From NCBI GenBank assembly GCA_963789265.1, contig CAWBKB010000001.1:704001-768000 (forward strand): a DNA stretch of 64,000 nucleotides, written 5' to 3'. The position numbers were made by a program, and so were the translations under genes. Source of the DNA: an uncultured delta proteobacterium (GTDB lineage: Bacteria > Desulfobacterota > Desulfomonilia > Desulfomonilales > Desulfomonilaceae). The notes below the pieces were generated by a model. That model searched no databases. It was given only the letters and a program-made list of their open reading frames with translations, and was not told the DNA's origin. Every line of letters starts with the position of its first letter. The first letter of the stretch is position 1. Below, piece after piece: positions 41,988-50,396 of this stretch.

Positions 41988-42048
41988 GGTCCCACCGAAG
42001 GCCATTTTAGGGCGCATCAGATAAGTGAAGCTTGCAGCGGAGAGTAGT

Positions 42049-42666
42049 ATGCAACTCCGGATATTAATTCTCTTGGCAGCGGCTCTGAGCCTGGCAATCA
42101 GTGCCGTGCCGGGTACAGCACACGCGGACATTTTTGTCCGAATCCACCAGGACGGTCAAAAAGAATTCACCAACAGGCCGTCAGGTCCGGGTTGGATATT
42201 TTACATGACCGAGTCGGGGTACGAGCCTATCGTCCGTTTTTCAAAAGCAGGCAAGCCGAAAAGTCTGGATCAAATCATCAATGAGATTGCAAAAGAGTAC
42301 CGGGTCGACGCCTGCCTTGTCAAAGCTATCGTTACCGCTGAGTCAAACTGCAATCCGCTGGCAAAATCCGCAAAGGGGGCTCAGGGCCTGATGCAACTCA
42401 TGCCCGCAACCGCCAAGGGTCTCAAGGTCGAGAAGCCGTTCGATCCCAGGCAAAACGTTGTGGGCGGGGTGAAATACATAAAGGGCCTGATGGCTTCGTA
42501 CGGAGACCTCCGGGTAGCCCTTGCGGCATACAATGCCGGACCCGGTGCGGTTCACAAATACTTGGGCATACCTCCTTACCGTGAAACCATTAACTACGTG
42601 GCAAAAGTGATCCGTTATTACAATAAGTTCAAGCGAAATCCCACTCTCAAGATAGCAGGCAGCTAA
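42049..42666 (+). CDS. Lytic transglycosylase (SLT domain)
   Basis: AES, GAQGLMQLMP.TA, ALAAYNAG, PPYRETINYV. Confidence 0.93.
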   Translation: MQLRILILLAAALSLAISAVPGTAHADIFVRIHQDGQKEFTNRPSGPGWIFYMTESGYEPIVRFSKAGKPKSLDQIINEIAKEYRVDACLVKAIVTAESNCNPLAKSAKGAQGLMQLMPATAKGLKVEKPFDPRQNVVGGVKYIKGLMASYGDLRVALAAYNAGPGAVHKYLGIPPYRETINYVAKVIRYYNKFKRNPTLKIAGS

Positions 42667-42681
42667 TACGAACGGAAGCAC

Positions 42682-43254
42682 ATGAAAAAACATCTTCCCA
42701 ATTTTCTTACATTAGGCAGACTTATCCTTGTGCCGCCTATCATAGTGCTTCTTTTCTTTCCTGCCAAATATCCTTCTCTGGTAGCAGGCATCATCTTTCT
42801 AGTGGCCTCTCTCACTGATTTCTTTGACGGATTTATCGCGCGGCGATTCTCCTTGGAGTCTTCTTTCGGCCGATTCTTGGACCCCATAGCCGATAAGATC
42901 CTGGTAACGTCGGCTCTAATAATGCTGATAGCTCTTGGTCGAGTCCCCGCCTGGGTTGTGATGCTTATCATCACCCGTGAGGTCGCGGTAAGCGCACTCA
43001 GGGCCATCACAAAAAGTTGGGACACAACATTAAAACCGAGCCGGGCGGGCAAGCTGAAGGCTGTTTTTCAATTCGCCGCGTGCGTGCCGCTTATCATCCA
43101 CTACAATTACACGTTGATAGTGCCGATCAATTTCCACGTCCTTGGCACGGTCCTCATCTACATAGCCCTGATTCTTACTCTGTGGTCCGGAGCAGACTAC
43201 TTTTTGCGATTCTACAAAGAATACGAGATCCGTGAAGAGAGCGGGGGATTTTAG
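42682..43254 (+). CDS. pgsA: CDP-diacylglycerol--glycerol-3-phosphate 3-phosphatidyltransferase
   Basis: PNFLTLGR, TDFFDGFIARR, GRFLDPIADK. Confidence 0.93.
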   Translation: MKKHLPNFLTLGRLILVPPIIVLLFFPAKYPSLVAGIIFLVASLTDFFDGFIARRFSLESSFGRFLDPIADKILVTSALIMLIALGRVPAWVVMLIITREVAVSALRAITKSWDTTLKPSRAGKLKAVFQFAACVPLIIHYNYTLIVPINFHVLGTVLIYIALILTLWSGADYFLRFYKEYEIREESGGF

Positions 43255-43331
43255 GCGGGGCGGCGGGCTCGTCCGTGCGTTTGGTCGCGGCGAGTGCGAG
43301 AAGGCATATCCTCTTTTACTCTTCATCAAGT

Positions 43332-43549
43332 TATTACGATTCGCTTTCAAACAAGTGACACCGTGTTTTTAGTGGGACAGTCACGCCCGGGCGTGATTGC
43401 CTGTCGTCATGCCCGCGTACGCGGGCATCCAGACTGGACCCCGGATCGAAGTCCGGGGTGACGATTGGCGGGCAGTCCCGCGTTCCGCGCGGGATGCCCC
43501 ACCATATCATCGCGGGGATTGACACTTGCTTGATGGCGCACTGGTATTA
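43332..43549 (+). mobile_element. MITE, TAATACCGATTCGC family
   Basis: Near copy of 54119-54313 and 28165-28381; ends in gcgcactggtatta. Confidence 0.8.
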
Positions 43550-43950
43550 CGCATTTACGCGAAGGGCGATCTTTTTTCCTGGATAGCCTCGCAATCGTGG
43601 TGAGCGTCTATTCAAGTGGTATACGCTCTCGGCTCTGAACATGAGGGTAAGTCGTGTTACCGGCTACGAGACGAGTAGAAACGGCCTGATCGAAATTTCC
43701 CTTGCCAAAAGCCCGGACATTGTGAAAATGTAAATCTTTTGGTCTAGAATCGGGATAATCTCATTTCTTAGGGCGAGGCGCTATGAGAGAGGGCCTCTTT
43801 ATCTGTGCCATTCTCGTTGCAACAAGCTGATATCTCAGTTGTTATTACCGATACGATATCCGTTTCACAGGCGTCTTAAACGACCAGCAACAACAGTACC
43901 TGGCGTAACATGTGGATCAATATGAACAATATTGGGGGGGGACACTGAAC

Positions 43951-44835
43951 ATGGCATCGCTTGATATCGCTAAGCTATTCCGGGACGAAGCGGGAGAACT
44001 CATTAACGCGAGAGATAAATGCATCCAAATCCATGGTACGGACATCCGGGCGGCTGGCAATGAAGTCGAGATTGCGGTCCGCAAGTTCTTCCAGCGGATG
44101 CTCCCGAAGCGATTCCATGTCACACAAGGCCACCTCATTGACAGCAACGGACTGGTCAGCCCCCAACTCGATCTCATTGTATCGGATAATGCAAGCATTC
44201 CTTCCCTTTTGACGACTGCTGACGGGACATCCTACATCCCAGTAGATTGCGTTTATGCCGTCGCAGAGATCAAGTCGACGTTTTCTAGTTCCGAGAGGTA
44301 CATTGACAAGTTTGCGAAAACCTTGCACTTCATCCGAGAGGAGATGAGCCGTCCGCTGCTAGAGAACACGATATACGATGGGTTGAGCGACTCGACCGTC
44401 ATGCGTGATGTGTTCCTGGATAAGCCGAACAAATACCTGAACCCACTGTTTTCATTCATGGTATTTGTAAACTCAGGCGGTGCTGACGAGGTTGTCCTCG
44501 AAAAGGCTTTCACCTGTACTCCCCGCGAGGACTTACCCGGAATTACGGTCTTGCTCAACAAGGCTGTTGTGTGGTACGGGAAAATAGTCAGCAACAAATT
44601 CTCTGTCGAAAAATACCCTTGGATGGGGCAGTCAACAGGAAAGGCTTGGTTTATATCGCTAATTCAAGGAGCCGCGGACACGGGATCGGCGGAAGGCAAT
44701 CACCTCTGCTTCAATTACTATGTGTTGCTAGAACACTTGAACCAGTCATTTCTCGAACCACCCGATCTCCGGTCTTACTTCGAAAGGATGCTGGTTGGCA
44801 GGGTGTCGACGTCTAAGAAGATAGGGGATTCCTAA
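43951..44835 (+). CDS. DUF6602-like PD-(D/E)xK nuclease-fold protein
   Basis: G..vE...R.F....LP..F.V..G..ID..G..SPQLDLIVSD...P...V.AV.EIKS pattern. Confidence 0.7.
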   Translation: MASLDIAKLFRDEAGELINARDKCIQIHGTDIRAAGNEVEIAVRKFFQRMLPKRFHVTQGHLIDSNGLVSPQLDLIVSDNASIPSLLTTADGTSYIPVDCVYAVAEIKSTFSSSERYIDKFAKTLHFIREEMSRPLLENTIYDGLSDSTVMRDVFLDKPNKYLNPLFSFMVFVNSGGADEVVLEKAFTCTPREDLPGITVLLNKAVVWYGKIVSNKFSVEKYPWMGQSTGKAWFISLIQGAADTGSAEGNHLCFNYYVLLEHLNQSFLEPPDLRSYFERMLVGRVSTSKKIGDS

Positions 44836-45638
44836 CTCCCATACCAGCCGACCCGCCGGGTTCGTCTTGCATGGTAGTAAATCGTCATTGAAAGAGAGCC
44901 CATGCCAGCCCTGCTGGGCCGCTGAATCGGAAGTTTGCCCGCTACTCGAATTTCCAGTGCTTGCGGGCGCCGCCACTCCTTGACCCAACTCCGGTCCTTC
45001 TTTCGAACCCATTGCTCGGCAAGTGCCATGAACGCGGTCCGAGGACCGGAATCCAGTAACTCCCGGCTCCTATCTATTTGTTCTTACTTCAACCGTCCCT
45101 GAGAAGAAATCGCGACCTTGCCGCTACGAAAAGTTGGCTTTCCGCTGCAAACTCGCTGCACAGGTGTGCAGGCGGCATGAGAGCGCCACGCCTAGCCGAA
45201 GTTGCTCGAGGGCACATGGGCTCTTTTCGTTGTTAGGCACAGGACACGTGCCATTGGTAACAACCAGTAAAAGTTACGTAATTTTTATAAGTAATACTTT
45301 CCATGGGTTGCAAGGCTGACCTTCCACGCAATACCAGTAAGGCAACAGAACAAGTTTACTGGTGGCCCTCCGTCTCTGTATAGACTTGTCTTCCAGGACG
45401 TAATTGTCTCGGCCTCTCCCGTCAAAATTCCGCGTTGCAGCCGGACTCCTTACATTCACCTTTACCCGCCTATGAAAATCGAAATCCGAGGGGCAAGCTC
45501 GACGTCGGCAGGGGGGGCTAACAAATTTCCTTGCAGGTCATAAGATCCGTAGGAACTGGACGACCTCCTCTCTGGGATTGGCTGACGATTTGCAGACACT
45601 TTTTCAGGGGGGCAATAGAAATGATTACGCCGGGTTAT

Positions 45639-45711
45639 TGGCGGAGGGAGAGGGATTCGAACCCCCGGACCTTTCGGTCAACGGTTTTCAAGACCGCCGC
45701 CTTAAACCGCT
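45639..45711 (-). repeat. 73-bp duplication of the tRNA-Ser 3' part (att-like site)
   Basis: Identical to 47523-47595; lacks the first 13 nt of the tRNA. Confidence 0.95.
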
Positions 45712-45871
45712 TACCTTCGCCAGTCCAACGGCGAAAATGAAATTTTGGGATGCCTCACATTGCCGGCATGAAGTGAAGGACAATGCTCCTTGAAGGTTAC
45801 AAATGTCGAGGGACACTCAGCGCCTGGAGAGGCATGCAATCCCTGCCAAAATACTGGAAGCGAGGGGAGTG

Positions 45872-46171
45872 CTACTTGTTACGATCCAGGTGTCCGATCT
45901 GCAAAAGATACTGATTATAATCAGACTCGCTCATAGGACACTCCAGAAGAGCCTTCGTTTCCTGGAGGGATCGAAGCTTAAGCTGTCTTGTCATGCTTTT
46001 CAGGTTATCCGGGCCAATGTCCTTGTATTTAGCGCTGTGAGACACAAATGTCTTGATCCCTGATTCTCGGCCCCCATATTCATGGTAGAAGTATACGTGA
46101 TCCTTGGATTTATCACGCCGAAAGCCCTTACTAGTAAGACTTGCCTCAGCAGTCTTGCGATCGACTTTCAC
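45872..46171 (-). CDS. HicA-like toxin (dsRBD-fold RNase)
   Basis: L..KGF......DH.YFYH...T.VSH....DI....LKSM..QL; small and basic. Confidence 0.7.
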   Translation of the reverse strand: MKVDRKTAEASLTSKGFRRDKSKDHVYFYHEYGGRESGIKTFVSHSAKYKDIGPDNLKSMTRQLKLRSLQETKALLECPMSESDYNQYLLQIGHLDRNK

Positions 46172-46173
46172 CG

Positions 46174-46599
46174 CTAGACCTCGACAAATCTTTCACGAAA
46201 GAGTCGCTTTAGTTCTCTAGCCCGCTTCAGCGCCAGATCCGCATCCAACGACTTGTAATGGTCGTAAAAATGTACCAAGAGCAATTTGAATTCCTGTATG
46301 GCTGCCTCCTTGCTTTCACCGGTGGCGAAGATATCCAAACGTTCATTTTCGGCAAACCAGAGCTCTTCTCCCCGGCTGATCCTTATTGCGACCGGCTTCA
46401 ATGCCCTCAGTTTTATTCCTTCGGCAACAAAGTCCGATTGAGGCACCGTGAATTCTTTGTCGAGCCTTCTTTGAAGTTCTTCCAGCGAAGGGCTCCAAGA
46501 GGATGGTGCGACAGGCGCAGGCCGGTACCCGAGTTTCCGCACTTCTTCATTCATGTCTTCGTCATACGAACTGATTCTGGGAGCAGGATTAGACATCAT
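46174..46599 (-). CDS. HicB-like protein
   Basis: 'WFAENERLDIFATGESKEAAIQEF' resembles the HicB partial RNase H motif (G.T.EEA). Confidence 0.55.
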   Translation of the reverse strand: MMSNPAPRISSYDEDMNEEVRKLGYRPAPVAPSSWSPSLEELQRRLDKEFTVPQSDFVAEGIKLRALKPVAIRISRGEELWFAENERLDIFATGESKEAAIQEFKLLLVHFYDHYKSLDADLALKRARELKRLFRERFVEV

Positions 46600-47309
46600 T
46601 CCGCGTCCTCACTCCTAATATAGTCCCGGTAATTTTGAGTGATAAGCTCATTAAAGAGTGCCGCAGACTGAGCATGGGCCTCTTCAAGGTAATTCCGGAC
46701 CCCGGACGGTTGCAATTCTCCCATTTTCGCATGGTAAAGATCAAGCAGGATTGCCTCTTGACCCGTTTGGTTGTTCAGAATTGACTCGATATGCGTAGTC
46801 ATTTTTGCACCCGCAGTGGGCACAACGAAGGTCATAGACAAGTTCTCGAATTTGCTCGGCAATAGTTCCAAGAGTTTTTCACCTAGAACAAAGAAATATT
46901 CAAAGGGGATTAAGCCCTTTTCTCTCACAAAAGGGATGATATTGATGTGCCGCAATCCTACGCCGCTAAGGGTATTGACCGGGATGACGCTGCTGAACAG
47001 ATCTACCAGATTCAGGCATTCTGCCTCAAAAACCTCAAAACCAAGGTAAACCCGTGAGTAATGGCCAAATCTATTTAGGGATAGAATCATCCCGGCGCTG
47101 CCGTCACTTCTTTCAAAGCGATATGGTTCATACGCCAATAGCATCCCTGGTTGAACGACAGGCACGATCAAATTGGGATAGCGGTCCCTGATCAGGTCTT
47201 GAATCTCATGGCGACGGCAATCAATGGCTGTTTCAGCCGGAAAGGTAATCTCGAAAACCACTTCTGCAAGAGGGGAGTTTGAGTGCCTCTCGTCTGGAAC
47301 CTTACGCAT
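46596..47309 (-). CDS. TIGR04255-family protein
   Basis: N.PL.EVVFEI.F, Y.GFE.F, VGLRHINII, LLDL...L..AH...F...IT. Confidence 0.7.
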   Translation of the reverse strand: MRKVPDERHSNSPLAEVVFEITFPAETAIDCRRHEIQDLIRDRYPNLIVPVVQPGMLLAYEPYRFERSDGSAGMILSLNRFGHYSRVYLGFEVFEAECLNLVDLFSSVIPVNTLSGVGLRHINIIPFVREKGLIPFEYFFVLGEKLLELLPSKFENLSMTFVVPTAGAKMTTHIESILNNQTGQEAILLDLYHAKMGELQPSGVRNYLEEAHAQSAALFNELITQNYRDYIRSEDAE

Positions 47310-47522
47310 ACGTATTTTTTCCTCGCACAGTGCTCGAAGTTCACAGTATAAATATATATCGAAAGATTTCGGGGCCAAGGACGCCCGCTCGATCATGTGG
47401 ATCCCATCCCTCAAAATCGCTGGTCCCCCGGATGGTTCCCTGAAGGAACGAGCCCAGAAAAATCCGCCCACACTTCCCAGACATTTCTGTGCGCGGTATC
47501 ATTAATGATATCGTTAGGTTAC

Positions 47523-47608
47523 TGGCGGAGGGAGAGGGATTCGAACCCCCGGACCTTTCGGTCAACGGTTTTCAAGACCGCCGCCTTAAACCGCTCGGCC
47601 ATCCCTCC
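47523..47608 (-). tRNA. tRNA-Ser(TGA)
   Basis: 86 nt GGAGGGA...TCCCTCCGCCA; anticodon loop CTTGAAA; long variable arm; GTTCGAATC; encoded CCA. Confidence 0.97.
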
Positions 47609-47616
47609 ATAAGTGA

Positions 47617-47646
47617 ATGCTAGCCCAGCCACAGTTGTCCTGTCAA
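47617..47646 (-). promoter_or_regulatory. Sigma70-type promoter of tRNA-Ser
   Basis: TTGACA-18 nt-TAGCAT, 8 nt before the tRNA. Confidence 0.55.
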
Positions 47647-47694
47647 GGAGCACTTTTATGCTAAATCACCCCTCAGTCACGGGAGGCGCATAAT

Positions 47695-47767
47695 TGTCAT
47701 TGCGAGCGGGGCGAAGCAATCTCCGCACTGTCAGTGCCCAGATTGCTTCGCCCCGCTCGCAATGACA
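47695..47767. repeat. TGTCATTGCGAG-family palindrome
   Basis: tgtcattgcgagcggggcgaagcaatc / gattgcttcgccccgctcgcaatgaca; relatives at 57018-57099 and 20401-20505. Confidence 0.85.
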
Positions 47768-47811
47768 CTGTATCTTTGATTGCCCCTGTAAGAGAGTGAT
47801 CGGATGCAAAA

Positions 47812-48786
47812 TCAACCCACCATGTCTACACTGTGGTTCCCACTCAATACCATGATCGACCTGTTTTCCGTGTCCAACATGACCGGCGCGCCGTGCGGCA
47901 GAGTCAAGTTGGGAAGAATATGACCATGCGGAAATCTTGAAATCACAGGAATAGGCCGGTCGCCGATAAGGCCAAGCAAGATGCGTTCGGTTTCCGCAGA
48001 CAGATCCTCGCCATCCGGTCCAATGAAGTGGCCCAATATCAGTCCTGCAACTCTTGTCAAAACGCCGGCCAGCTTCAACTGAGTCAACATCCGGTCGATT
48101 CGATATGGGGGCTCGTGAATATCCTCGAGGAAGAGGATTGTGTCTTTGAATTCCGGAAAGTGGCGCGTGCCCAGCAGCGACGTCACGAGCGACAAACAGC
48201 CTCCCAAAAGTGTTCCCGAGGCTTTGCCGGCCCGAACAATTTGAGCCGAGTTCTCAGCGGATGGGAAGAGATTCCGTCCGGTGAAGGATTCCGTCAACGC
48301 CTGCATTAACGATTCCTCGGATGCGCGATCCAATCCTTCCGCGACTTGGCCTGCGACCATCGGACCTGAAAAAGTAATCAGACCGCAGCGGGTGTAGAGT
48401 GAGAGCTGGAGCGCGGTCACGTCGCTCATTCCAAGCAGGATCTTCGGATCGACTGCAATGGCCTCGCGGTCAATGGAATCGAGCAAGCGCATAACACCAT
48501 AGCCGCCTCTAGCGAAAAAAATTGCCCGTACTGCCGGATCTTTCAACATGGCATTCAGGTCCTGAGATCTCTGGCTGTCGTCTCCTGCCAAGTATGAATT
48601 GCTTTCAGCGAGATGCAGACCTCTGCGAACCTTGAATCCTTTTTCCTCAAGAAACTTTAGTCCCTGCACCAGGAGTTCGGGAATCGGGGGGCCGGATGCC
48701 GCGACGACGCCTATGGTCTCACCGGCCTTAATGGGCCGTGGGATTAATAATCGCTTCGCACCTGAAGACTTTTTCGTTATTTTCAT
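47812..48786 (-). CDS. LD-carboxypeptidase (peptidase S66)
   Basis: RGGYG, GMSDVT, GGCLS, LFLED..E, FPHGH. Confidence 0.92.
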   Translation of the reverse strand: MKITKKSSGAKRLLIPRPIKAGETIGVVAASGPPIPELLVQGLKFLEEKGFKVRRGLHLAESNSYLAGDDSQRSQDLNAMLKDPAVRAIFFARGGYGVMRLLDSIDREAIAVDPKILLGMSDVTALQLSLYTRCGLITFSGPMVAGQVAEGLDRASEESLMQALTESFTGRNLFPSAENSAQIVRAGKASGTLLGGCLSLVTSLLGTRHFPEFKDTILFLEDIHEPPYRIDRMLTQLKLAGVLTRVAGLILGHFIGPDGEDLSAETERILLGLIGDRPIPVISRFPHGHILPNLTLPHGAPVMLDTENRSIMVLSGNHSVDMVG

Positions 48787-49067
48787 ACCGAATCGGAATA
48801 TGTCTGTCTAAACATGGCCGGGGCAGCCGCTGGAAAAGGCTTTTACCAGCCGGCAAGGCAAAGGTCAATCATAGTAAATTGCCAACCCCGGACGCGTGAT
48901 TTCACTCCGCGCAATAACAGAAAACCGAAGATTATCCGCGCAACTTAGAGATTACATTCGTAACGAAAATGATATTGCTTTGCGGTGCTTGAAATGATAG
49001 CCTTTCGCCATTCGTATCTATTATATGCAGGCAATCATGTAGAACACGCATTGCAAGGGGAGGAACC

Positions 49068-49331
49068 ATGAAAGCATTGTTGATGTGTGGGGTCGTCCTG
49101 GCTATGGTTTGTGCGGAGCCAATTTTCAGCACGGGCCAGACACTGGGGGTGCGCTACGCAGTATGTGCACGTTTGAAGTTTGTACGGGGGGTCAAGTCAT
49201 TGAAGTGCTCCAAACCCGTGCCTTTGGAGGATCCGACCCAGAACGGCGACACAGTTTGTCATGGCATGGGCAAAGATTTCAATACGCTGGATGAGGCTCT
49301 TCGATGGACGGCGGCCAACTGTAGCAACTGA
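49068..49331 (+). CDS. Small exported Cys-containing hypothetical protein
   Basis: Strong RBS ggagga; signal peptide; four Cys in the mature part. Confidence 0.55.
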   Translation: MKALLMCGVVLAMVCAEPIFSTGQTLGVRYAVCARLKFVRGVKSLKCSKPVPLEDPTQNGDTVCHGMGKDFNTLDEALRWTAANCSN

Positions 49332-49359
49332 AATGTGACGATTGCGGCCTGTGACGCTG

Positions 49360-49553
49360 TAATACCGATTCGCTTTCAATCACGTGAGAATGGGCCGATA
49401 GCAAACGGCACTGACCTGGTGCCATGATGGTGCTCAGGTCAGTGGCACCCAACATCCAGTCAAGATCGGGTGCTGGGTGCCACGGATCTGGGCTTTGTCA
49501 GATCCGTGCTGTATTTCCTTGATTGTTCACCGTTTGATCGCGCACTAGTATCA
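49360..49553 (+). mobile_element. TAATACCGATTCGC-family MITE ends with a different interior
   Basis: taataccgattcgctttcaa...gcgcactagtatca; interior tggcaccca/tgggtgcca and cacggatctg/cagatccgtg hairpins. Confidence 0.65.
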
Positions 49554-49615
49554 GATCCCCCACATAAGTAAATGGTTATTCCTTCTTCTCTTTTTAATGG
49601 CCTCGGCTTAAAAGG

Positions 49616-49790
49616 CAATGCTGTTGACTTAAGGGACCTCCATCTACCCCACCGTCACCCCGGCGAAGGCCGGGGTCCAGGGGAGATTAGGAAAACCTGG
49701 ATTCCGGCCTCCGCCGGAATGACGAGGTCAATGCCTCGTCGAAGGAAAAGCTCCTGGGCAAGAGACGTCCGGCTTAAGTCAACAGCATTG
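49616..49790. mobile_element. MITE with 18-bp perfect TIRs and 11-bp target duplication
   Basis: CAATGCTGTTGACTTAAG...CTTAAGTCAACAGCATTG; flanks ggcttaaaagg/gggttaaaagg. Confidence 0.9.
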
Positions 49791-50396
49791 GGGTTAAAAG
49801 GGGTGGTAAACTGCAAGCCTATCACAAGGACATGACCGCACAGCTTCTTTGCTTGGGGGACGGGCCTTACCGCTGCAACGGAAAAGCGGAGAATTGTGTT
49901 CAGACTCACCTGTTCTTGGCTGGGGGAGGAATGCGAACCTTCTTCTGTCACATTTCATTCCGTCTTCCTACAAAGATATCATGAGGCCGAGGTTTAACCA
50001 CAGAGGCTCGGAGAACACAGAACCGTCAGATGGTAGTCAGATGGTAGGGGCGGGTTTCAAACCCGCCCCTACATGCTCGGCGCACGGCCATGACTGTAAT
50101 TAGCATGGAGGCCCGTAGAAATTGCGGAGGTCACTCAAAGAAAGTATACGCCGCCCGCGTAGGGCCTGGCGTGGCACAAGATGCAAAGATGCCGGTAGGA
50201 TGCTGGTGAGTCCCGCGGCACGCGGAACGAACCGCACCGTTCGCGGTTTTTTCTCGATTGATGCGGTTCTCCCGCGTAGAACGCGGGCTCACCGGCATCC
50301 TGCGCCGATACGGGCCTCGACGCCTAATACGGAATTATGGCCGTGCGCTGGGCACCTCCGTGTCTCTGTGGTGCAAACTTCCGAACGGAGGGGGTT

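Noticed and set aside
44832..45029. 65-aa minus-strand CDS
   Set aside because: No recognisable family or RBS; it may be a gene fragment but I cannot support a call.
45639..45711. Second functional tRNA-Ser
   Set aside because: It lacks the 5' 13 nt, so it cannot form the acceptor stem; it is an att-like duplicate.
47523..47608. tRNA-Sec (tempting given the nearby selenoprotein)
   Set aside because: The anticodon is TGA, which reads UCA (Ser), not TCA; the 7-bp acceptor stem and 86-nt length fit tRNA-Ser.
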